From the NCBI RefSeq assembly GCF_963921235.1, contig NC_086097.1:243290001-243354000 (forward strand): a stretch of 64,000 nt of DNA, in the 5' to 3' direction. Source of the stretch: Mobula hypostoma. Its lineage: Eukaryota. Position numbers and translations under genes: made by a program. The notes beneath the pieces are model-generated. The model did not search any database. It was not told the DNA's origin and was given only the letters and a program-made list of their open reading frames with translations. Every line of letters starts with the position of its first letter. Position 1 is the first letter of the stretch. Shown one piece after another: positions 36,655 through 50,245 of the stretch.

Positions 36655-37174
36655 AGAAAATGGCCATGGAACGTATGTTTGTGTTCTTGTGCTGCTGTAG
36701 CCCATCCACTTCAAGTTTCGACATGTTGTGCATTCAGAGATGATCTCCCACACATCACTGCATGCTTATTTGAGATACTGTCACATGCTTGTCAGCTTGA
36801 ACCAGTCTGTCCAGTCTCCTCTGACCTGTCTCATCAACAAGGCATCTTCACTCACAGAACTGCCACTCACTGGACATTTTTGTTTCTCGCACCATTTTCT
36901 ATAAACCTAGAGACAGTTGTGCATAGAAAACTGAGGAGATCAGCAGTTTCTGAGATACTCAAACCACCCCATCTGGCACCAGCAATCATTCCACGATGAA
37001 AGTCACTTAGATCACATTCCATTCCAATTCTGATATTTGGTCTCAACAACAACTGAACCTCTTGATCATGTCTGCAGGCGTTTATGCATTAAATTGCCAC
37101 ACATGATTGGCTGACCAGATATTTGCATTAACGAACAGGTATGCAAGTGTACCTAATAAAGTGGCCACTCAGTG
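36655..37174 (-). mobile_element. Tc1/mariner DNA transposon remnant (one TIR and transposase N-terminal HTH)
   Basis: ORF 36867-37052 reads DLSDFHRGMIAGARWGGLSISETADLL...TTVSR. Terminus TA|CACTGAGTGGCCACTTTATTAGGTACAC. Confidence 0.75.
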
Positions 37175-37699
37175 TACATTCATGTATTAATCTTAGAAGG
37201 AAGTTGGAACATTCTCACAGTTTTGTGGAAGTTGCAAACAGATATTTCTTGAGCTTAAACTAACCTTCATAGTATCCAGGACTTTTTCAAGGAGCAATGC
37301 CTCAGAAAGGCAGTGTCCATTATTAAGGACCCAGGTCACGCCTTGTTCTCATTGCTACCATCAGGGAGGAGGTGCAGGAGCCTGAAGTCACACACTCAAT
37401 GATTCAGGAACAGCTTCTTTCCCTCTGCCATCTGATTTCTGAATGGGCATTGAACCCATGAACACTGCCTCACCACTTTTTAATTTCTATTTTGCACTAC
37501 GTATTCAATGTAACTATTTTATATATATATATATATAAATACATATTTACTATAATTTGCAGTCTTTCCTCTATTATTATGCACTGCATTGTACTGGTTC
37601 CTTGCGCAAAGTTGCCAAATTTCATGACATGTGCCAGTGATATTAAACCTGATTCTGAAAACATCTATGGTTTAATATAGAACAAGGAGAGGGTTTCAG

Positions 37700-38310
37700 A
37701 TCGTAAACACAAAATACTCTGCAGATTCTGGGGTCAAAGCAACACTCACAACACACTGGAGGAACACAGCAGGTCGGGCAGCATCCATGGAAATGATCAG
37801 TCAACATTTCGGGCTGGAACCCTTCGTCAGGACTGTTGAGGGAAGGGGCAGAGGCCTTATAAAGAAGATGGGGGGAGGGTGGGAAGGAGAAGGCTGGTAG
37901 GTTCCAGGTGAAAAACCAGTAAGGGGAAAGACAAAGGGGTGGGGGAGAGGAAGCAGGGAGGGGATAGGCAGGAAAGGTGAGGAAGGAATAGGGGAAAACA
38001 CAATGGGTAGTAGAAGGAGGAGGAACCATGAGGGAGGTGGTAGGCTGCTGGGGGAAGGGGCAAAGTGACATAGGGAGAGGGGAAGGGAGGGGGAGGGAAT
38101 TACCGGAAGTTGGAGAATTCTATGTTCATACCAAGGGGCTGGAGACTACCTAGACAGTATGTGAGGTGTTGCTCCTCCAACTTGAGTTTAGCCTCATCAT
38201 GGCAGTAGAGGAGGCCATGTATGGACATATCTGAATGGGAGTGGGAAGCAGAGTTGAAGTGGATGGCTACTGGGAGATCCTGTCTGTCGGAGTGGAGGTG
38301 CTCTCCTGTC
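37700..38310 (-). mobile_element. Penelope-like element 3' end, second subfamily
   Basis: ORF 38100-38318 reads [23 protein letters not shown]...LQPLGMNIEFSNFR. Hammerhead motif in the pLTR. Confidence 0.85.
37798..37835 (-). ncRNA. Minimal type I hammerhead motif, second Penelope subfamily
   Basis: CAGTC-CTGACGA-A-GGG-TTCCAG-CCC-GAAA-TG-TT-GACTG. The loop II sequence differs from other copies while the stems are kept. Confidence 0.65.
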
Positions 38311-38849
38311 TGCTGCACAGTGTGGCTCGCAGAGCCAGAAGACTACTCCACACTGCGTTGCTAAGTAAGTAAACATTAGAGGCAGGTTCTTCAATACTGT
38401 GTGTGGTAAGTACACAGGTCAGCACAATACTGTGGGCTGAAGGGCCTTTCAGACCACAATGTTGTGCTGGCCTGTTAACCTACTCCAAGATCAATCAGCA
38501 CTGTGTTGAGCTTTTCCTTCATTACACAGTATACAACTGTTGCATGAGTGGGTGCTCTGGGTTCCTCCCGTAGGGCAAAGATGCACCAGGTAGGTTAACT
38601 GGTCATTGTAAATTGTCCGTGATTAGGTTAAGGTTTGAACTGGGGTTGTCTGGGGTGTCTGGGCGGTGTACTCTGCACTGTCTTTCTAAATAAAAATAAA
38701 TAAATTAAACAATTGATGCAGGTCGCACAATTTCTACTCTTCATTGGCTAATGATTCTTTAGGCAGCACTAAGGAGAATTCCAGGTTGTTCGTCTCTTTC
38801 TTGGCAATTCCCTATCCACTTCTTCATTCAATGTTTAAATCATAGAACA

Positions 38850-39755
38850 TCGAACATAAAGCATTACAACATGGAACATGCCCTTCAGCCCAAAATGCTG
38901 TGCAAATGTTTTAACTTACTCTAAGATCAATCTAACCCGTCCCTCTTACATAGCCCCCCATTTTTCTATCATCCACTTCACTATCTAAGAGCTTTTTAAA
39001 TGTCCCTAATGTATCTGGCTCTACCATCAGCTCTGGCAGGACACTCCACACAACCACCTCTCTGTGTGTAAAGAACTTGTGCCCCCCGCTATTAGTCATT
39101 TCCACCCTGGGGAAAACTCTCTGGCTCTTCACTGGATCTATACCTCCTGAAGTTACCTTACATCCTCCTTCTCCCCAAACAGAAAAGCCCTGGCTCACTT
39201 AACCTATCCTCAAAGACATTCTGTCTAATCCAGGCAGCATCCCGGTAAATCTCCTCTGCACCCTCGCAGGAAGGATGTGGAAGCATTGGAAAGGGTACAG
39301 AGGAGATTTACCAGGATGCTGCCTGGTTTAGAGAGTATGGATTATGATCAGAGATTAAGGGAGCTAGGGCTTTACTCTTTGAAGGAGGATGAGAGGAGAC
39401 ATGATAGAGATGTACAAGATAATAAGAGGAATAGATAGAGTGGATAGCCAGCGCCTCTTCCCCAGGGCACCACTGCTCAATACAAGAGGACATGGCTTTA
39501 AGGTAAGGGGTGGGAAGTTCAAGGGGGATATTAGAGGAAGGTTTATTACTCAGAGAGTGGTTGGTGCGTGGAATGCACTGCCTGAGTCAGTGGTGGAGGC
39601 AGATACACTAGTGAAGTTTAAGAGACTACTAGACAGGTATATGGAGGAATTTAAGGTGGGGGGTTATATGGGAGGCAGGGTTTGAGGGTCGGCACAACAT
39701 TGTGGACCGAAGGGCCTGTACTGTGCTGTACTATTCTATGTTCTATGTTCTATGT
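38850..39755. mobile_element. Head-to-head CR1 3' fragments (about 38850-39265 -, 39268-39755 +)
   Basis: ORFs 38932-39198 and 39389-39685. Confidence 0.8.
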
Positions 39756-39909
39756 TCAAACACTTCCTCATCTTTCCTATAATGAAGCCACCGGAACAGA
39801 ACACAATATTCCAAGTTTTCATAATACACTTCTTTATCCCAATAAACAACTTGTTGAACTCAGTGAAGACCTGGGATAAGATCTGTGAGCACCACAGTAA
39901 CCTCATAGA

Positions 39910-41030
39910 CAAGAGATTCTGCAGACGGTGGAAATCCAGATTAACACACACATGAAGCTGGAGGAACTCAGCACAGGCAGCATCCATGGAATGAGTCCTG
40001 ATGAAGGGTCTTGGCCTAAAACATTGACATGTTATTCCTTTCCTCCAGCATTTTACGTGCATTACAGTAACCTTATCTACTCCTCCCCCTTCCCCTCTTA
40101 AGAAGCTAAAGTTGTTCAGACGTACATTTTGTGTTTTGTCTTATAGCTTGCCATTCTTCACATTCTTTCACGATGATTTTCATTCCCTTAAGGACATCCA
40201 TTTTCAGCCAGATGACTTTGGAATTCCTGCTCAAGGTCGGACCGAGGCTGCGTTCACTCCAGACACCAGGGACTACAGAGGCTGGACTTTGAAGCAACAG
40301 ACAAGCTGCTGGAGGAACTCAACAGGTTGAGCCACATCTGCTCGGTTGTGGTGGTCGGGGAAGGTGCAATTACTCTTGTGCCGAAATGGGGTGGGGAAGA
40401 AACACCTTAGTTTTGAAAATGCTGGAGGAACTCAACAGGCCAGGCAGTGTCTATGGAAAAGAGTAAACGGTCGATGTTTCAGGCTGAGTTGACTTGCTCC
40501 GGAACGTCGACTGCATACTCTTTTCCACAGATTCTGCCTGGTCTGCTGAGTTTGACCAGCATTTTGTGTGTGATGCTTTGGATTGCCAGCAACTGCAGGA
40601 TTTCTCATGCTTGTATTCCGTCAGGGTAGCTTCCAATCTGATGGCATAAGTACTGATTTCTCCTTCCGGTGAACTAATTTCTTCCCCTCCCCCCTCCCCC
40701 CACTTCCTCTATTTTTCACTCTGACCTTTCACTGCTTCTCACTTGCCTATCACGTCTCCCTGGATCCTCTTCTCCTTTCCTTTCTCCTGTATTCCACACT
40801 CCTGTCATGTCAGATTCCTCCTTCTCCAGCCCCTGACCTTTCCCACCCAGCTGGCTTCACCTGTCACCTTCCAGCTAGCCACTCCCCCCCCCTTCCCCCC
40901 GCCTTTTTAACCTGGCATCTTCTCCCTTCCTTCTCAGTCCTGAAGAAGGGTCTCGGTCCAAAACTTTGACTGTTTATTCGCTTCCACATATTCTGCCACC
41001 AGCACTTTTTCGTGTGTTGCTTTGGAACTG
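39910..41030. mobile_element. Cluster of decayed Penelope pLTR fragments
   Basis: Repeated gctggaggaactca.. blocks and degenerate agtcctga.gaagggtct motifs near 39994 and 40936. Confidence 0.6.
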
Positions 41031-41699
41031 CTGGAAGGAAGGAGCACCTTACCCCTCCTTTGGTAGAGACCTTTCTTCACCCTGCCATCCATGATTGAGT
41101 ATGCTTGCAAGAAAACAAATCTCAGTCCTGTATATGGTGACATATGTGCACTTTGATAATGAATTTACTTTGATCTTTTCATTGCAGCACAGTCCACATC
41201 TTCTCCTGACCTTGTAACTTACTCTAAGATCAATCTAACTCTTCCCTTCCAAAGAGCCTTCTATTTTCATATCAACTATGTGACCATCCAAGAGTTTCTT
41301 AAACATCCCTAATTACTATCTTTCTCTACCACCACCAGACATTCCATACGCCCACCACTCTCTATGTAAAAAACCTCTACCTCTGATAACCCCTCTATAC
41401 TTTCCACCAATCACCCTAAAATTATGCCCCCTGGAATAACAAACTTGTAAGTAATGAAAGATGCATAAAAAGAAACTTGGGCAGACACACAAAATACAGA
41501 GGGACTCAGCAAGTTGGCTTGCAGTAAACCGTCGACAGGCCTGACCCTCTCCACCTCTGATCCCCCCCCCAATGAGGACTGGCTTCTGGACATCTGGTTT
41601 CCTCCTCCTGAACTCAATAAACAGGCTGAAACCCAAGAACCTTTTTCCCTTTGTCCCTTGCCCTGTGAAATCTGGGAAGGTGCACTCGCTCTGGCTTAG

Positions 41700-42140
41700 C
41701 ACAGGGACTGAGGAACAGCTGCCGCAGTCAAAGAAGTTGCAGACTTGTGGTTTGACTGTTTGTATTGAAATGATGGCGGGTCCCCCTGGGCCACTGTCAC
41801 CTGATCACATTTACCGAGGTATTGTGTTTGTAAGTGAGGGAATCAAGGATCCTATTGCACAAGGGGGCACTGAGACTAGGGTCTTGGAGCTTATTGATTA
41901 GTTTTGATGGGATGATAATATTGAATGCTGAACTGTAGCTGATAGCAAGCATCATCAATGTCCAGATGTTCCAGAGTTGAGAGAAGAACCAATGATAAAT
42001 CATCTGTTGTGGACCTGTTGAGATGGTAGGCAAATTGGAGCAGATCCAAGTCACTTCTCAGGCAGGAGCTGATATGTTTCATCACCAAACTCTTGAAGCA
42101 TTTCATCACGGTAGATTAAGTGCTACTGGCTAATAGTCAT
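41700..42140 (-). mobile_element. Rex1/Babar RT fragment
   Basis: MKCFKSLVMKHI...LDLLQFAY..NRST.D...LEHLD and YSSAFNIIIPSKLI motifs. Confidence 0.75.
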
Positions 42141-42649
42141 TGAATCTCCATCCTAAGGGAAAAGCTCTAGCTCGCTCAACCAATTCTCATAAGGCATGCT
42201 TTTTGAATCCATGCTGCATCTTGGTAAATCACCTCTAAGTCTTCCACATCCTTCCTATAATGAGGTGACCAGAACTGAGTACGATTCTCCAAGTGTGATC
42301 TAACCAGTTTTATAGAGCAACATTACCACACAGCTCTTAAACTTAATCCTCCAAATAATGAAAGCCAGCACACCATACACCTTGTTAACCAGCCCATCAT
42401 CTTGTGCGGAAACTTTGAGGGATCTATGAACCCAAGAGCCCTCTACTCCTCCACACTGCTCCAAATGGAGCTTGGAAGCCCAAAAAGGCGTAGATCACTC
42501 AGGTTCACTGATTGAGTAGAAAAGGCAGTGACTTGTGGCTGTTTGCAGTTTTGACCAGTGTCTAATTGTAGAGATCAAACGCTTGAAAAGACAGTTCATT
42601 CAGGTCCGTGGATTGAGTAGAAAAGACTTGCGACAATTTGGAGCTTAGA

Positions 42650-45560
42650 GCATCAGCCAGTCAGCATTTGGGATTGATTGGCAAGAGCAAATTAAAGTAA
42701 GGCAGGGGCAAGCGGAGCAGCCATTGTCAGAGTGGCCATCTTTGCAGTGCACAGAGCTAGAGCGGGATTTTGAGGTTTCAGTTAGAGAGGGCAAAAAAAG
42801 CTGTAAGTAAAGATTTTTTTTCTCCCCCACAGCTGATTGTTTTTCCCTCTTTATAGTTGCCCAATTCGGAACAGTGGAGATGGCAGGCAGGATAGTGGAA
42901 TGTACTGCTTGCAGGATGTGGGGAGACCATAAGATCATAAGATATAGGAGCAGAATTAAGCCACTTGGCCGATCGAGTTTGCATTGCCATTTCATCATGG
43001 CTGATCCCATTTTCCTCTCAGCCCCAGTCTTATGTTTTCTCCCTGTATCCCTTCAGGCCCTAATGACTTGGCTACCACAGCTGCCTGTAGCAATGAATTC
43101 GACAGATTGACCACTCTCTGGTTAAAGAAATTCCTCCTCATCTCCACTGTAAAAGGATACCCCTCTATTCTGAGGCTGTGTCCTCTGCTCTAAGACTCTC
43201 CCACCATAAGAAACATCCTCTTCACGTCCACTCTGTCAAGGCCTTTCACCATTCAATAGATTTCAATAAGGTCACTCCTTATTCTTCTGAATTCCAGTGA
43301 ATACAGGCTCATCATTTGACACCCTTCATACGACAAAGTTTTGTGTGGGTAAAAACTTTGTATCTAATGATCACAATGCTATTACTTTCAAAGTAAATAT
43401 GCAAAAAAGATAGGCTTAGCCTGTGGGTTGGGATGCTAAGTTGGAGGAAATCCAATTTTGATGGCATCAGAAAAGATTTGGTATCAGTATGGATTGGAAC
43501 AGGTTGTCTTCTGGCAAAGCTCTATGTGGTAATAGGATGCCTTCAAAAGTGAAGTTTTTGAGAGTACAAAGTTTTTATGTGCCTGTCAGAATAGAAGGTA
43601 AAGACAACAGATTTAGGGAACCTTGGTTTGCAAGAGATATTGTGGCCCTGGGTAAGAGAAAAAGGAGATACATAGCAGGTATAGGCAAGCAGGAATAAAT
43701 GAGGTGCTTATTGAGTACAAGAAAGGCACAAGAACACATAAGAAAGAAATCAGGAGGGCTAAAAGAAGGCATAAGTTTGCCTTAGCAGACAAGGTGAAGG
43801 AGAATCCTAAGCAATTCTACAGATATTTTAAGAACAAAAGGATTCCAAAGGACAAAATTGGTCCTCATAAGTTCATAATGGTAATCCATGCGTGAAGCCA
43901 GAAGAGATGGGGGAGATCTTAAATACATTTTTTGCATCTATATTTACTCAGAAGACAGAGTCTATAGAGTCTACAGAAGTAAGGCAAAGCAGCATCAACT
44001 TCACGGACTCTATACAGATTATCGAGCAGGATGTGTAAGCTGTCTTGAGACAAATTAATGTAAATAAATCCCCAGGGATTTCTTGTCAAATCCGTGTTCC
44101 CTCGGATTTGACAGGAAACAAGTGCAGAAATTGCTGGCGCCCTAGCAAAGATATTTAAATCATCCTTAGCGACAGCTGAGGAGCCGGAGGATTGGAGGAT
44201 AGCCAATGTTGTTCTGGTGTTTAAGAATAGTCTGGTGAGCCTGACATCAGTAGTGGGAAAGTTATTGGAAGGCATTCTAAGGGACCAGATAGATGAGTAT
44301 TTAGATAGACATGGACTGATTAAGGATAGTCAGCATGGCTTTGTGTGTAGTAGGTTACACCTAACCCATCTTATAGAATTTTTCGAGGGAAATACCAGGA
44401 ATTGATGAAGACAAGACAGTGCATGTTGTTTACAAGGCATTTAACAAGGTTCTGCATGGAAAGTTGTACAATAATGTTCAGTTGCTTGGCATTCAGGATG
44501 AGATAGTAAATTGGATTAGACATTGGCTTTATGGGAGAAGTCAGAAAGTGGTAGTAGATGCTTGGCTGTCTGACTGGAGGCCTGTGACTTGTGGAGTGTG
44601 GCAGGGATCAGTGCTGGGTCCATTGTTTATCATCCATCTCAAAGATCTGGAAGTGAATGTGGTTAACTGCATCAGCAAATTTGCGGATGACACCAAGATT
44701 GGATATGCAGTGGACATCAAGGAAAACTATCATGACTTTGGATCTAGACCAGCTAGAAAAATAGGCTGAAAAACGCTGAAGAATTTAATGTAAACAAGTG
44801 CGAAGTGTTGTGCTTCGGTAGGGTAGGTCTTACGCAGTGAATGGCAGGGTGCTGAGAAGTGCGGTAGAACAAAGAGATCTGGGAATACAGGTCCATAATT
44901 CATTGTAAGTGGCATTGCATGTAGATGGGGTCGTAAAGAAAGCTTTTGCTACGTTGGCCTTCATAAATCAAAGTACAGGAGATGGGATTTTATGTTTAAG
45001 TTGTTTAAGGCATTGGTGAAGCCTAATTTGGAGTATTGTGTTTTGGTCACCTACCTACAGGAAAAATGTAAACAAGATTGAAAGAATACAGAGAAAATTT
45101 ACAAGGATGTTGTCAGGTCTGGAGGATCTGAGTTACATGGAAAGATTGAATAGGTTCGGACTGTATTCTTTAGAACACAGAAGATTGAAAGGAGATTTGA
45201 TAGAGGTGTACAAAATTATGAGGGGTATGGATACGGTAAATGCAGGCAGGCGTTTCCATTGAGGTTGGGTGGGACTACAATCGGAGGTCATGGGTTAAGG
45301 GTGGATGGTGAAAAGTTTAATAGGAACATGAGGGGAATCTTCTTCACTCAGAGGTTCGTGAGATTGTGGAATAAGCTGCCAGCGCAAGTGGTGCATGTAA
45401 ACTCAATTTCAGCGCTTAAAAGAAGTTTGTATAGATAAATGGATAGGAGGGGTATGGAGGGCTGGGGTCTGCATGTAGGTAGAGTAGTCTGTTTCAACGG
45501 CTTGGCACAGGCTAGATAGGGTGAAGGCCGTGTTTCTGTGCTGTACTTTTCTAAGACTCT
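42650..45560 (+). mobile_element. Old CR1 remnants: 5'UTR/ORF1 start (about 42650-42925), antisense CR1 3' piece (about 42930-43330), degraded ORF2 (about 43335-45560)
   Basis: MAGRIVECTACRMW (ORF1 zinc-finger start), [18 protein letters not shown] and FWSPTYRK motifs. Confidence 0.75.
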
Positions 45561-47280
45561 GGGGCTCTATGACTGCTAAGAATCCTGTCATTAACCTTGT
45601 ACTCCGCCTTCAAGTTTGATCTTCCAAAGTATATTGCTTCAGTCTCTTCCGGATTGAACTTATCTGCCACTTGTCAGCCCAGCTTTCCATCCTTTCCATA
45701 TCTCATTTTAATCTACAGCGGCCTTCCACGCTATTCACAACACCTCCAGCCTAGATGACCAGAGTGCAGTTGTCACTTGGCTTAAAGTGTAGCATCTACC
45801 TCCCTTTCGCTGTTTTAGTCTGTCTTCCACACAGATGGAATTATCAATAATCTGTGCACTCATGATTTAATTAGAGACTATTAAGTCATTTTACCAGAAG
45901 GGCTGAAAATGTCAGTCTTGTGTACTCCATTTATTAAAAATATCCACTCAAAAGAGTTTAAAATTCTCTCCTTACACAAATAAGTTTATGTCAGTGCCAG
46001 GTAATGCACGACTAATATAAATACATAATATAACATATGCAGTACATAGATTGAATGTAGCATGTCAATAAAGTGATGCTAGGCACAGGCGTGTCCGGAC
46101 ATAGAAACATAGAAAATAGGTGCAGGAGTAGGCCATTCGGCCCTTCAAGCCTGCACCACCATTCAGTATGATCATGGCCGATCATCTGACTCAGAACCCT
46201 GTGCCAGCCTTCCCTCCATACCCCCTGATCCCCTTAGCCACAAGGACCATATCTAACTCCCTCAGGGACACAAGGTGACTGACAGGAAATGATAAAGGAG
46301 TGGTGGGTGGTGGTGCGAAGGGGGACAGGATCTCAAACGGGCTACAGAGGATTGTAGATTCAACCAGCTCCATCATGGGCCAACCCTCCCCACCATCAAG
46401 GACATCTGCACAAGAAGGCTGCATCCATCATTGAAGTCTCACCATCTGGGTATGCCCTCTTCTCATGACAACCATTAAGGAAGAGGTACAGAAGCCTGAA
46501 GACACACACTCAGGATTTCAGAAACAGCTTCTCCACCTCTCCCAGCATTTATTTTGTAATTTATAGTAACTTTATGTCATTGCATTGTACTGCTGCCACA
46601 ACACATGCTGGCATAATCATTAGCATAATGCTATTACAGTGCCAGTGATCATTTCCCCCTGCTGTCCGTTGAGTAGTTGCCATGTTTTCCTCGGACCCTG
46701 TGGGTTTCCTCATGGTGCTCTACTTTCCTCCTATATTACAAACATGTTTATCTTTATTGATTGATTGATTGAGATACAGCACGGAATATGGCCTTCCGGC
46801 CCTTCGAGCCCCACCGCCCAGCAACCCCCGATTTAATCCTAGCCTAACCATGGGACAATTTACAATGATCAATTAACCAAATAACCGGTACATTTTTGGA
46901 CGGTGGGAGGAAACCGAAGCACCCGGAGGAAACCCACGCAGTCACGGGGAGAACATGCCAATCCCTCACAGGCAGCGACGGAACTGAACGCAGGTTGCCT
47001 GCAACGTAAAGCGCCGTGCGAACCACTACGCTACCGTGACGTGAGTCGGAGGCATGTTATGCTGGCACTGGAAGCATGGCGACAATCACGAGCTTCCTCC
47101 AGCACACCCTCGGAAAGTGTTGGTCATCAAAGCAGGAGACACATTTCACTGTTTGTTTTGCTGTATCTTTATCTATGTGACAAGTGGAGTTTATTGTTAT
47201 CTATAGGAGGGTGTCTGGATACCAAAAGAAAAGGATTCAAGCAACATCGAGCTGTTAACGTTGAAGGGAAGATCTTCTTC

Positions 47281-48055
47281 AAAGATTCAAAGATTCCAAA
47301 AACTTTATTATCATTCTAACCGTACATCAGCTCTGCAGGGCAGAATGAGACAGCGTTTCCCAGGAGCAGTGCAATCATAACATAACAAACACAACACTAA
47401 ATAATAAACATAACAATAAATAGTAAAACACAACAGCCGCATGTCAGTTAAAATCAAGTTATAAGTGTCCAGTGCAAGTTAAAAGTGTCCAAAGCAGAGT
47501 CAGGTAGAGCAGCTATTTAGCAGTCTGACTGCCTGTGGGAGGAAGCTGTTTAGTAGCCTTGTGGTTTTAGTTTTGATGCTCCTGTAACGTTTGCCTGATG
47601 GCAGAAGAACAAACAGTTCATGGAGAGGGTGTGAGGGGTCTTTAATGATGTACCGTGTCTTCTGGAGGCGTCGACTCTGAAAGAGGTCTTGGACAGAAGG
47701 TAGGGAGACCCCAATAACCTTCTCTGCTCCCCTAAACACCCTCTGCAAGGCTTTTTTGTCGACAGCACTGCAGCTGGAGTACCAGGTTGTGATGCAAAAG
47801 GTCAGCACACTCTCAACCACGCCTCTGTAGAATGTAGTTAAGATGTTAGTGGGGAGTGATGCTTGTTTAAGCTTCCTCAGGAAGTGCAATCTCTGCTGGG
47901 CCCGTTTCACCATCCCAGTGGTGTTCCTGGACCAGGTGAGATTGTCCGAGATCTGCACCCCAAGGAGCTTGATGTTTTCCACTCTCTCCACTGTGGAGCC
48001 GCTGATGGTGAGGGGTGTGTGCTCAGGCTAAGACCGTCTGAAATTGATGATCATC
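47281..48055 (-). mobile_element. Rex1/Babar-type LINE 3' fragment inserted in the HERO-like element
   Basis: Open ORF 47500-47991 reads LGVQISDNLTW...LLPSGKRYRSIKTKTTRLLNSFLPQAVRLLN. (gaatcttt)n tail. Confidence 0.9.
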
Positions 48056-48946
48056 AAGATTGTGGCCCAACATGTAACGGAGTTCCTCTTGAAAAATGGC
48101 TACGTAGACACCTCAGTACAGACGGGGGGAGTCCCAGGAGTACCTGGATGCCTAGAGCACACAGGAGTGGTGACCCAGCTGATCCGGGAGGCAAGGGAAA
48201 ACAGAGGAGACCTTGCAGCACTCTGGCTAGACCTAACCAATGCCTATGGATCCATCCCACACAAGCTCGTCGAAACAGCACTGACAAGACACCATGTTAC
48301 AGAGATGATCCGAAACCTCATTCTAGACTATTACAGCAACTTCAGATTGAGAATCTCCTCAGGGCCACTAACATCTGCCTGGCATCGGCTGGAGAAGGGC
48401 ATAATCACTGGCTGCACAATCTCCGTGTCACTCTTCTCACTGGCCATGAACATGATTGTCAAGTCAGCGGAGGTGGAATGTAGGGGCCCCATGTCTAGAG
48501 CTGGTACTCGGCAGCCCCCACATAAGAGCATTCATGGACGACCCGGCGGTGATGGCAACCTGGGTGCAGGTGGCTCCTTCAAGGGCTGGAACAGCTGATC
48601 TCATGGGCAAGGATGAGCTTTAAACCAGCCAAGTCCAGGTCCCTGGTCCTGAAGAAGGGAAGAGTGGCCGACCGGTTCCGCTTTACCCTGGGAGGGATCC
48701 AGATTCCAGCGGTGACAGGAAAACCAGTCAAGAGCCTGGGCAAGATCTTCGACAGTTCCCTGAAGGATGCAGCCATACGTCAACAAATCAGGAGCGACTT
48801 GATAACCTGGCTCACCACGATGGACAAATCGGGGCTTCCAGGAAAATTCAAAGCCTGGATGTACCAACACGGAGTCCTGCCAAGGCTACTCTGGTCCCTT
48901 CTAGTCTACGAGGTGCCAATGTCAACGGTGGAGGCTCTAGAGAAGA

Positions 48947-50245
48947 AACTTAGAAACATAGAAAATAGGCGCTGGAGTAGGCCATTCAGCCCTTCGAGCC
49001 TGCACTGCCATTCAGTATGATCATGGCTGATCATCCAACTCAGAACCCTGCACCAGCCTTCCCTCCATACCCCCGATCCCTTTAGCCACAAGGGCCATAT
49101 CTAACTCCCTCTTAAATATAGCCAGTGAACTGGCCTCAACTGTTTCCTGTGGCAGAGAATTCTACAGATTCACCACTCTCTGTGTGAAGAAGTTTTTCCT
49201 AATCTCGGTCCTAAAAGCCTTCCCCTTTATCCTCAAACTGTGACCCCTCGTTCTGGACTTCCCCAACATTGGGAACAATCTTCCTGCATCTAGCCTGTCC
49301 AATCCCTTTAGGATTTTATACGTTTCAATCAGATCCCCCCTCAATCTTCTAAATTCCAATGAGTATAAGCCTAGTTCATCCAGTCTTTCATCATATGAAA
49401 GTCCTGCCTTCCCAGGAATCAATCTGGTGAACCTTCTTTGTACTCCCTCTATGGCAAGGATGTCTTTCCTCAGATTAGGGGACCAAAACTGCACACAATA
49501 CTCCAGGTGTGGTCTCACCAAGGCCTTGTACAACTGCAGTAGTACCTCCCTGCTCCTGTACTCGAATCCTCTTGCTATAAATGCCAGCATACCATTTGCC
49601 TTTTTCACCGCCTGCTGTACCTGCATGCCCACTTTCAATGACTGGTGTATAATGACACCCAGGTCTCGTTGCACCTCCCCTTTTCCTAATCGGCCACCAT
49701 TCAGATAATAATCTGTTTTCCTGTTTTTGCCACCAAAGTGGATAACTTCACATTTATCCACATTAAATTGCATCTGCCATGAATTTGCCCACTCACCCAA
49801 CCTATCCAAGTCACCCTGCACCCTCTTAGCATCCTCCTCACAGCTAACACTGTCGTCCAGCTTCGTGTCATCCGCAAACTTGGAGACGCTGCATTTAATT
49901 CCCTCATCCAAGTCATTAATATATATTGTAAACAGCTGGGGTCCCAGCACTGAGCCTTGCAGTACCCCACTAGTCACTGCCTGCCATTCTGAAAAGGTCC
50001 CGTTTATTCCCACTCTCTGCTTCCTGTCTGCTAACCAATTCTCCACCCACACCAATACCTTACCCCCAATACCGTGTGCTTTAAGTTTGCACACTAATCT
50101 CCTGTGCGGGACCCTGTCAAAAGCCTTTTGAAAATCCAAATATACCACATCCACTGATTCTCCCCTATCCACTCTACTAGTTACACCCTCAAAAAATTCT
50201 ATGAGATTCGTCAGACATGATTTTCCTTTCACAAATCCATGCTGA
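48947..50245 (-). mobile_element. Young CR1 insertion in the HERO-like element; short tail-only relative at about 46100-46263
   Basis: Uninterrupted 356-aa ORF 49162-50232 with [22 protein letters not shown] and HLEYCVQFWSP. Confidence 0.95.

Noticed and set aside
49162..50232. 356-aa intact reverse transcriptase ORF as a possible functional or domesticated gene
   Set aside because: It is a 5'-truncated CR1 copy that lacks the endonuclease and RT N-terminus. The open frame reflects recent insertion.
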